Under the pieces are notes generated by a model. It did not search any database. It saw nothing but the letters and a program-made list of their open reading frames with translations, and was not told where the DNA came from. Both the position numbers and the translations under genes were made by a program. Positions 56,681 through 64,000 of a stretch of DNA of 64,000 bases are shown here, in pieces (the first letter of the stretch is position 1; the number at the start of each line of letters is the position of its first letter). The stretch is taken from contig OZ250173.1 of the NCBI GenBank assembly GCA_965238075.1, positions 2,944,001 through 3,008,000 of the forward strand, read 5' to 3'. Origin of the DNA: Candidatus Entotheonellaceae bacterium. Lineage in GTDB: Bacteria; Tectomicrobia; Entotheonellia; Entotheonellales; Entotheonellaceae.

Positions 56681-59149
56681 ATGCCTGAGCTCGCGGTACA
56701 GAAACGCGCCAGGGCGGTCATCATCGGCGCGGGGATCGTCGGTTGCAGCGTGGCGTACCACCTGACGAAGCTCGGCTGGCGGGACCTCGTCGTCGTCGAG
56801 CAAGGCCCGCTGTTCGAGACGGGCGGCTCCACCTCTCACGCGCCGGGTCTCGTCTTCCAGATCAACCCGTCGAAGACCATGACGGCGTTCGCCAAGTACA
56901 CGGTGCAGCTATGGTCGGACATGCAACTCGACGGTGCGCCGTGCGCCAAGACGGTGGGGAGTCTGGAGGTGGCATGGACGCCGGAGCGACTCACCGACCT
57001 GAAGCGCAAGGCCGGGTACGGCTTGAGTTGGGGCGTCGAGGCCCATCTGCTCAGCCCCGCCGAGGCGCGCGGCCTGTTCCCCATGTTGTCCGACCGCATC
57101 CTGGGCGCGCTGCACGTTCCCTCCGACATTCAAACAAAGGCGACCCGACCGGCGGAAGCGATGGCGCATGAGGCGGAGCGGAACGGCGCGGCGTTCCACG
57201 GTGGCGTCGCGGTCACCGGCTTCGGAATGGACGACGGCCGGATTACGGCGGTCCACACCGCGTACGGGGATATCGATACGGACTTGGTGGTGGCCGCCGC
57301 CGGCATCTGGGCGCCAAAGGTCGGCGGACTGGCAGGGGTGCCCATTCCGCTGTCGCCGATGCAGCACCTCTACGCCGTGACCGCCCCCCTGCCGGAGCTG
57401 GCTGGCGCGACGGAGGAGATTTCGCTGCCGATTCTGCGCCACCAGGATGCGGCTACGTACTTCCGGCAGGTCGGCGAGGCCATCGGCATCGGCTCCTACA
57501 GGCACGAACCCCTGCTGGTGAATGCCGCCGACATCCTCAGCCACGAGCAAGCACCCACCGCCCCGGCGGAGATGCCGTTCACGCCGTCTCACTTCGAAGC
57601 GTCGATGACGGCTGCAGGCGACGTTCTGCCGGCTCTCAAAGGCGTCGGGCTGAGGTGCAAGTTCAACGGCCTGTTCTCGTTCACCACGGACGGATTTCCG
57701 GTTCTCGGCGAGTCGCCCCAGGTCAAGGGCTTCTGGTCGGCGCAGGCGGTCTGGATTACCCACGCCGGCGGTGTCGGCAGGGCTGTCGCCGAGTGGATCG
57801 TGAACGGCGAGCCGACCCTTGACCTTCGGGAATGCGACATCCGCCGTTTCTATCCACACGCCCTCAGCCGCCGCTACGTCCGGGCGCGCGCCGCCCAGCA
57901 GTACCGCGAGGTGTACGACATCATCCATCCGCGCCAGCAGGTGGACAACCCCCGGAACCTCCGGCTAACGCCGTTCTTCCCTCGACAGAAGGAACTGCGC
58001 GGCGTCTTCTTCGAGAACGCCGGATGGGAGCGCCCGCAGTGGTATGACGCGAACGCGGGCCTGCTGGACGCCCTGGACGTGGCGGGCGCGTCGCGGGCTG
58101 GTTGGGAGGCCCGGGAGTGGTCGCCGACGGTGGCGGCAGAGCACGCTGCCACCCGCGAGCGAGTGGCGATGTTCGACATGACGCCCTTCGCCAAATTCGA
58201 GCTTGCGGGCCCCGGCGCCTTGGCCGCCCTGCAGCGCCTCGCCGCCAACCAGATGAACAAGCCGGTCGGAACGGTTACCTACACCTCCATGCTGACGCCC
58301 CAGGGCGGCATCAAGTGCGACCTGACGGTAACGCGGCTCGGTGCGGAGCGCTTCATGGTCGTCACCGGCGGCGCTATGGGATTGCACGATCTGGACTGGA
58401 TCCGCTCACATCTGCCGGACGATGGCTCGGTCAGCGTGGCCGACGTCTCGTCGGGGCGCTGCTGCGTCGGCCTGTGGGGACCGAGGGCGCGCGACCTGCT
58501 GAGCCGGGTCTGCGAGGCTGACGTTTCAGACGCGGGATTCCCGTACCTGACCGCCAAACCGATCACGGTAGCCGAAGTCCCGGCGCTCGCGCTGCGCATT
58601 TCGTACGTGGGCGAACTCGGCTGGGAGATATACGCCCCCGCCGAACATGGCCTGCGGCTGTGGGACACCCTTTGGGAAGCGGGTCTGCCACTCGGCGTCA
58701 TCGCCGCGGGCGGCGGTGCGTTCGACTCGCTGCGGCTGGAAAAGGGCTACCGGCTGTGGGGCGCCGACATCCACACGGAGTACGATCCTTACGAGGCGGG
58801 CCTGGGGTTCGCGGTGAAAATGCAGAAAGGAGATTTCGTCGGCAGGGACCGGCTGCGGGAGAGGCGCGCGCAGAGCCAGACGCGCAAGCTGTGCTGCATG
58901 ACCCTGGACGCCACCGATGCTGTCGTCATGGGCAAGGAACCGGTCATGGACGGCAACCGCGTGCTGGGTTACGTGACAAGCGCCAACTACGGCCACTCGA
59001 TCGGCCGCGGCATCGTCTATGGCTATCTGCCGACGAGCTATGCCGAGGTTGGAACGCACGTCGACGTCCTATACTTCGGAGAACGCCTTCAGGCAACGGT
59101 TGCAAAGGAGCCGCTGTACGATCCGAGCGGCCGGAAGATGAAGGCGTGA
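56681..59149 (+). CDS. FAD-dependent oxidoreductase with GcvT domain (dimethylglycine/sarcosine dehydrogenase or oxidase-like)
   Basis: IIGAGIVG, GGSTSHAPG, FSFTTDG, GWERP, SYVGELGWE, LRLEKGYR. Confidence 0.92.
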   Translation: MPELAVQKRARAVIIGAGIVGCSVAYHLTKLGWRDLVVVEQGPLFETGGSTSHAPGLVFQINPSKTMTAFAKYTVQLWSDMQLDGAPCAKTVGSLEVAWTPERLTDLKRKAGYGLSWGVEAHLLSPAEARGLFPMLSDRILGALHVPSDIQTKATRPAEAMAHEAERNGAAFHGGVAVTGFGMDDGRITAVHTAYGDIDTDLVVAAAGIWAPKVGGLAGVPIPLSPMQHLYAVTAPLPELAGATEEISLPILRHQDAATYFRQVGEAIGIGSYRHEPLLVNAADILSHEQAPTAPAEMPFTPSHFEASMTAAGDVLPALKGVGLRCKFNGLFSFTTDGFPVLGESPQVKGFWSAQAVWITHAGGVGRAVAEWIVNGEPTLDLRECDIRRFYPHALSRRYVRARAAQQYREVYDIIHPRQQVDNPRNLRLTPFFPRQKELRGVFFENAGWERPQWYDANAGLLDALDVAGASRAGWEAREWSPTVAAEHAATRERVAMFDMTPFAKFELAGPGALAALQRLAANQMNKPVGTVTYTSMLTPQGGIKCDLTVTRLGAERFMVVTGGAMGLHDLDWIRSHLPDDGSVSVADVSSGRCCVGLWGPRARDLLSRVCEADVSDAGFPYLTAKPITVAEVPALALRISYVGELGWEIYAPAEHGLRLWDTLWEAGLPLGVIAAGGGAFDSLRLEKGYRLWGADIHTEYDPYEAGLGFAVKMQKGDFVGRDRLRERRAQSQTRKLCCMTLDATDAVVMGKEPVMDGNRVLGYVTSANYGHSIGRGIVYGYLPTSYAEVGTHVDVLYFGERLQATVAKEPLYDPSGRKMKA

Positions 59150-59214
59150 GGCCATTGCGGATGTTTGCCGAATCATCGAGTTGACGCAGAGCCGAATATC
59201 CGGAGGTTTCTCAA

Positions 59215-60471
59215 ATGACGCAGACCCTGATTATCGACGGCCTCAAGAAGCGTATCCTGCCGATCAATTTGCGGCAGAGCGGCAATAGCGACGCCCGGAT
59301 GCTAATCTCCACGCGGGTCAGAAAGTCTCCCTGGTGGCACCTGTCGAAGGCGGCGGGCTGCTGGGCCTATACGACGTACAACCACCTCTACCATCCGAGA
59401 GCCTACGTCAGGCCGGAGGACGGCGGGCTGATGGCGGAGTACAAGACGCTCACCGAGCATGTCAGCATGTGGGACGTGGCGGTCGAGCGCCAGATCCAGG
59501 TCAAGGGCCCGGACGCCGCGGACTTCGTGGACTATCTGATTACCCGCAACGTATACACCCGGGTGCCGACGATGCAGGCCCGCTACGTCATCCTGTGCAA
59601 CCAGTACGGCGGCATCATCAACGATCCGGTGCTGCTGCGTGTGGCCGACGACGAGTTCTGGTTCAGCATCTCCGACTCGGACCTGCTGCTGTGGGCGCAG
59701 GGTGTCAACGCCACCGGCAGGTTTAACGTCGACATCCACGAGATCGACGTGTCCCCTGTGCAAATCCAGGGCCCCAAGTCGGCGCCGCTCATGGAGAAAC
59801 TATTCGGCTCTCACATCCGGGACATTCCCTACTACGGGCTGATTCACGACACGCTGAACGGCCATCCGGTCACGGTCTCGCGCACGGGGTTCTCCGCTGA
59901 GGTCGGGTTCGAGATATACCTCCACGACGCCATGCTCCATGCGGACGATGTCTGGCCGCATATCCTGGCGCAGGGCGAGGCGTTCAATCTGGGCGTCATC
60001 GCCCCGAGCCACGTCCGACGGCTGGAGGCCGGCATCCTCTCCTACGGCCAGGACATGGACATCGAGAACAACCCCTTCGAGGTGCGGCTCGGCTGGCAGG
60101 TGGATTTCGACAAGGGCGACTACATCGGCAAAGACGCGTTGGCCCGCATCAAGGCGGAGGGGGTCAAGCAGCGGCTCGTTGGCCTCAAGGTCGGCGGCGA
60201 GCCGATCATTTGGTACAACGAGGACTTCTACCTGGTCAAGGACAGGGACTCCGGCGCCGACGTGGGTTACGTCACCAGCGCCTTCTGGTCTCCCAGCCTG
60301 GAGTCGAACATCGCCCTGGCCGTCATGCCCCGCACCCACTGGCGGCAGGGGACGCGGGTCAAGGTACAGCTCCCCAAGGACGGCATCGTGGACGCCGAAG
60401 TGGTGCGGGTGCCATTCCTCGACCCGACGAAGGACATCCCCAAGAAGAAACTGATGGACGCGGCGGCCTAA
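59215..60471 (+). CDS. GcvT/DmdA-like THF-dependent aminomethyl-/methyltransferase
   Basis: MWDVAVERQIQVKGPDA, GGIINDPVLLR, SRTGFSAEVGFEIY, RRLEAGILSYG. Confidence 0.85.
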   Translation: MTQTLIIDGLKKRILPINLRQSGNSDARMLISTRVRKSPWWHLSKAAGCWAYTTYNHLYHPRAYVRPEDGGLMAEYKTLTEHVSMWDVAVERQIQVKGPDAADFVDYLITRNVYTRVPTMQARYVILCNQYGGIINDPVLLRVADDEFWFSISDSDLLLWAQGVNATGRFNVDIHEIDVSPVQIQGPKSAPLMEKLFGSHIRDIPYYGLIHDTLNGHPVTVSRTGFSAEVGFEIYLHDAMLHADDVWPHILAQGEAFNLGVIAPSHVRRLEAGILSYGQDMDIENNPFEVRLGWQVDFDKGDYIGKDALARIKAEGVKQRLVGLKVGGEPIIWYNEDFYLVKDRDSGADVGYVTSAFWSPSLESNIALAVMPRTHWRQGTRVKVQLPKDGIVDAEVVRVPFLDPTKDIPKKKLMDAAA

Positions 60472-60582
60472 CCAGTCTCAGACACCCGGGAAGCCGCCGC
60501 CGCGCTCATCCACGTTCAGCCCCGCACCGGCCAAGTTCGAGTTCCTGCACCTTGCGCCACACCGCACCCCGCCCACCGATCC

Positions 60583-61218
60583 TCAGGACAGCGCTTTGCG
60601 GGCTGTGACGACGTACAGCGGATCGCTGCCCGGTGGGAAGGGTGACGAGCAGTCACGGGTTTCCAGGTCAACGAACCCACCGGCCTCTCTGAAGTACGCG
60701 GCGATCAGGTCGGCGTGCTGGCGGTTGTTGAGCCGGCGCCAGATGGCCACCGCCTTGGTGGGAAACATGCGGTTGGAATAGATGACGGCGAACAGGCCGC
60801 CCGACCGCAGGACGCGGTGTACGTCACGGAACACGGCCACCGGCTGGGTGAGGTACTGGATCGACACGGTGATGATCGCGGCGTCGAAACTGGCGTCGCC
60901 GAACGGCAGCCGGGGGACGGCGTTGACGTCGTGCACCACGACGTCGTCCAGGTCCGGGTTGTCGGCCATTTCCTCGGCGTTGAGGCCCAGGCCGACCAGG
61001 CGGCGCTTGGCCAACCCGGGCGGCCAGTGCGAGCGCCAACTGCTGAGCAGGTCGAGCACCTCGGCCTCGGGTGGCACGGCATCGTGCAGGAAATCCGCCA
61101 CGGCCGCGCAGGCGGCCGCGTCGATGTGTACCACCTTGCGCGGCTCGACGTAGAAGAGGCCGTCCGGGCTGTCGTCCAGGCGAACAAAATCGTCCGGTTG
61201 GAAGAGAGGTTCGTTCAT
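60583..61218 (-). CDS. Class I SAM-dependent methyltransferase
   Basis: FYVEPR.V.HID, VLDLLSSWRSH, GLGLN, SNRMFPTKA. Confidence 0.88.
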   Translation of the reverse strand: MNEPLFQPDDFVRLDDSPDGLFYVEPRKVVHIDAAACAAVADFLHDAVPPEAEVLDLLSSWRSHWPPGLAKRRLVGLGLNAEEMADNPDLDDVVVHDVNAVPRLPFGDASFDAAIITVSIQYLTQPVAVFRDVHRVLRSGGLFAVIYSNRMFPTKAVAIWRRLNNRQHADLIAAYFREAGGFVDLETRDCSSPFPPGSDPLYVVTARKALS

Positions 61219-61231
61219 GCCTGGGTGCCGA

Positions 61232-62191
61232 TCAAAACCAGCGGTTTTTTTCCACGATGTTGTGTAGCGGGCGACCCTCGTTGAAGCGCTGGCAGTTGTC
61301 GAGCAGCAACTCGGTGCGGCGCTCTTGCAGGTACGGGCCGATGCCGGCGACGTGCGGCGTCAGCAGCACGCCCGGCGTGTTCCATAGGGCGTGCTCCGGC
61401 GGCAGGGGTTCGATCTCGAACACGTCCAAACCGGCGCCGGCGATTTCGCCGCCGCGCAGCGCCGCGACCAATTCGTCGAGCTTCACGCAGGCGCCGCGCC
61501 CGATATTGATGAGAAAGGCGGATTTGCGCATGGCGCGAAACTCGGGCTTGCCCATCAAGCCTTCGGTCTCGGGGGTGTGCGGCACGGTGAGGATGACGAA
61601 ATCAGCCTGCGGCAGCATCTCATGCAAGGCGTCGGGGCGCTGCAGTTCTTTCATGCTCGGCGGCGCCTCGGGGCGTCGGGCGTCGACGCCGAGCACGGTC
61701 ATCCCGAAGGCGGCGCAGAGCCGAGCTGTTTCGCTGCCGATGCCGCCGACGCCGACGATGAGGGCGGTGGCTTCCGACAGGTGGATGATGTCGTGCTCGC
61801 CACGCGGGCGCCATTGCCGCAGAAGCTGGCTCGGCAGGTAGTGATGCAGGCCGCGCGCGAAGGCCAGCACAAAGGCCATGATATGGGCGCCGATATGGTC
61901 GTTGTAAATTTCGCGTTGGTTGGTGACCACCACGTCGTTGTCGATGAGTTCCGGCGTGTAATACCCGGCGGGCGGCGCCGCCGCCGGGGCCTGAATCCAG
62001 CGCAGGCGCGTGGCGCGGTTCAACAAATCCGGCACCACGTCGCCGTAGGCCGCGTCGGCGTCGACGATGGCCTCGCGCGCTGCTTCGGGGCTGTCGAACA
62101 GGACCACCTCGCAATCGGGCACCACAGCGCGGATTTTCTCCGGCCAGTCCGCCTGCGTGTTGGGTGGCAAGAGAACCATTTTGAAACCCAT
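61232..62191 (-). CDS. D-2-hydroxyacid dehydrogenase family protein
   Basis: IVGVGGIG, INIGRG, LDVFEIEPL, TPH. Confidence 0.92.
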   Translation of the reverse strand: MGFKMVLLPPNTQADWPEKIRAVVPDCEVVLFDSPEAAREAIVDADAAYGDVVPDLLNRATRLRWIQAPAAAPPAGYYTPELIDNDVVVTNQREIYNDHIGAHIMAFVLAFARGLHHYLPSQLLRQWRPRGEHDIIHLSEATALIVGVGGIGSETARLCAAFGMTVLGVDARRPEAPPSMKELQRPDALHEMLPQADFVILTVPHTPETEGLMGKPEFRAMRKSAFLINIGRGACVKLDELVAALRGGEIAGAGLDVFEIEPLPPEHALWNTPGVLLTPHVAGIGPYLQERRTELLLDNCQRFNEGRPLHNIVEKNRWF

Positions 62192-62211
62192 GAGCGACTC
62201 CCTTTGTCGGG

Positions 62212-63492
62212 TTAGATGATGTGCTGGTCACGCAGCCGTCGGATGTCCGCGTCGTCGTAGCCCAGGGACTGCAGAATGTCGTCCGTGTGCGCGCCCAGCG
62301 GCGGGGCGGGCGGGCCGACTTCGCCCGGCGTGGCGGACAGGTTGACCGGCAGGCCGACGACCTTGATCGGACCGCCTTCGGGGTGGTGCTGCTCCACGAC
62401 CATGGCGTTGTGATGCACCTGCGGGTCGGCGAACAGCTCGGCGTAGTCGTACACCGGGGCGCAGAGCACGTCGTAGGTGCTCAGGTAGGCGAGCCAGTCG
62501 TCGCGGGAGCGAGCGCTCAGGATGACCTCGAGCGCGGCCACCAACGCCTGGCCGTGGGTCCGGCGAGCCTCGCGGGAGGCGAAGCGGGCGTCATCGGCCA
62601 AGGCGGCAAACTCGGGCACGGCGCACAGGCGCCGCCACCACTCGTCGGAATGCGCGTTGAGCACCAGCCATTTGTCCCGGGTGGGAAACACGCCGTAGGG
62701 CTGCGAGATCATCCAATGCCCGCTGCCGCTGCGGGGCGGCAGGGCGCCGGAGTTGAGAAAGACGGTGGCCTCCATGGATTGCAGGGCGATCATGGCGTCG
62801 AGCAGCGAGACCTCCACCTCCTGACCGATGCCGTATTGCGAGCGCGCTTGCAGGGCGGTGACGACGCCGTAGGCCGCGGTCAGGGCGCCGGTGACGTCGG
62901 CGAGATAGGTGCCGACCGCGACCGGTGGGCCGCCTTCCCAGCCGGTGGTGCTGATAATGCCGGACATCCCTTGCAGCAGCAGGTCCTGTCCGGGGCGTGT
63001 GGCGAGCGGGCCATCCTGGCCGTAGCCGGAGAGCGAGCAGTAGATGAGCGACGGATTGAGCGGGCGCAGGCGTACGGCGTCGAGGCCGAGCCGGGCCATG
63101 ACGCCGGGCCGGAAGTTGTGGATGAGCACGTCACTGCAGGTCGTGAGGCGGCGGATGATTTCCTGTCCGTCGGGCTGCCGCAGATCGACGGACAGGCTGC
63201 GTTTGTTGCGGTTGCGGGCGAGGAACGAGGCGCTGTCGCCGTGCACCCGCACGCTGCCGGCCTGACGTGCCGGGTCGCCCGTTTCGCGGGGTTCGATCTT
63301 GATGACGTCGGCGCCCATGTCGGCCAGCATCTGGGTACAGAAAGGGCCGAAAATGTAGCGCGACAGATCGAGCACGCGGACGCCGTCGAGGGCTTTGGGC
63401 GCCCGGCCGAGGTGTTGTAGGCGCTGCTGCTTGAGCTCGCGCAGCTCGGCTTCGAGAGCGGCGATGCGGGCTTCGAGGGCTTGGTCGGGCAC
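62212..63492 (-). CDS. CaiB/BaiF class III CoA-transferase
   Basis: LDGVRVLDL, LADMGADVIKIE, NRNKRS, NFRPG, SLSGYG. Confidence 0.92.
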   Translation of the reverse strand: MPDQALEARIAALEAELRELKQQRLQHLGRAPKALDGVRVLDLSRYIFGPFCTQMLADMGADVIKIEPRETGDPARQAGSVRVHGDSASFLARNRNKRSLSVDLRQPDGQEIIRRLTTCSDVLIHNFRPGVMARLGLDAVRLRPLNPSLIYCSLSGYGQDGPLATRPGQDLLLQGMSGIISTTGWEGGPPVAVGTYLADVTGALTAAYGVVTALQARSQYGIGQEVEVSLLDAMIALQSMEATVFLNSGALPPRSGSGHWMISQPYGVFPTRDKWLVLNAHSDEWWRRLCAVPEFAALADDARFASREARRTHGQALVAALEVILSARSRDDWLAYLSTYDVLCAPVYDYAELFADPQVHHNAMVVEQHHPEGGPIKVVGLPVNLSATPGEVGPPAPPLGAHTDDILQSLGYDDADIRRLRDQHII

Positions 63493-63642
63493 GGGAATTC
63501 CTCAAGCGATTGCTGGATAGCGCGTTTATACCACAGGTGCCGGTGGAGGGTCTACGAAGGGGTTGACAGGACGGCGGCGGGGCGTGTAGATGGGAAAGGT
63601 TTTCAGGTCTTAAGACAAACAGAAGCGAGGAGTAGGGGCGTT

Positions 63643-64000
63643 ATGCGACGATTTGAGGGCAAGGTTGTGGCGGTGACGGGCGGCGCGTCGGGGATCGGCG
63701 AGGCGACGGCGCGGCGTTGTGGCGCCGAGGGCGCTCGGGTGGCGATTGCCGACCGCGACGCCGAGCGCGGCGAGTGGGTGGCGGTGGACTTGCAGGGCCA
63801 GGGTGTTGAGGCGTTGTTCGTGCCGGCGCAAGTGGAACGGGAAGAGGCGGCGGCGGATTTTGTGCGGCGCACGGTGGATCGTTTCGGGCGGCTCGACGTG
63901 CTGGTGAACAACGCCGGCATCCGGTTGTACCAGACGGTGGTAGAGGCCAGCGCCGAGAGCTGGGACAGGATCCTGGCGGTCAACGTGAAGGGCTATGCCT
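63643..64000 (+). CDS. Short-chain dehydrogenase/reductase, truncated by window end
   Basis: MRRFEGKVVAVTGGASGIG..GRLDVLVNNAG; open to window end. Confidence 0.88.
   Translation, partial: MRRFEGKVVAVTGGASGIGEATARRCGAEGARVAIADRDAERGEWVAVDLQGQGVEALFVPAQVEREEAAADFVRRTVDRFGRLDVLVNNAGIRLYQTVVEASAESWDRILAVNVKGYA

Noticed and set aside
1-64000. CRISPR array, rRNA or tRNA genes
   Set aside because: No regularly spaced repeats or recognisable structural RNA seen; intergenic gaps are short

Overview
GC-rich bacterial window with mostly catabolic and housekeeping genes: crotonase, fused ETF, CoA-transferases, hydantoinase A/B, ThDP enzymes, SDRs, an LLM oxidoreductase, GcvT-family enzymes, apaH, aat, trmL, crcB, a PhoBR-like pair, an M16 protease and a NamZ-like gene. 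The gene repertoire suggests a Tectomicrobia/'Entotheonella'-like organism, but this is inference only. Three things stand out. (1) Two adjacent ORFs (3150-3845, 3864-4346) are one in-frame GrdB/PrdB-like selenoprotein gene with a UGA at a U-x-x-C motif, followed by a SECIS-like hairpin. It lies in an apparent operon with apaH, an SRPBCC protein and a fused ETF. (2) An ~11 kb accessory/defence island (40.9-52.1 kb) is wedged between two convergent paralogous Gld-type ABC operons. Inside it, two direct-repeat IS630 copies with perfectly matching outer ends bracket a third IS630, a toxin-less HigA with its own promoter/operator and a 1502-aa nuclease-like/NACHT/helical-repeat (NLR/Avs-like) protein. 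This looks like a composite defence transposon. Decayed hicBA, a Fic gene and a vapC with a frameshifted antitoxin lie beside it. (3) There are several pseudogenes, IS remnants and dispersed palindromic repeats. No rRNA, tRNA or CRISPR array was seen. All calls come from motif recognition by eye; no database searches were run.
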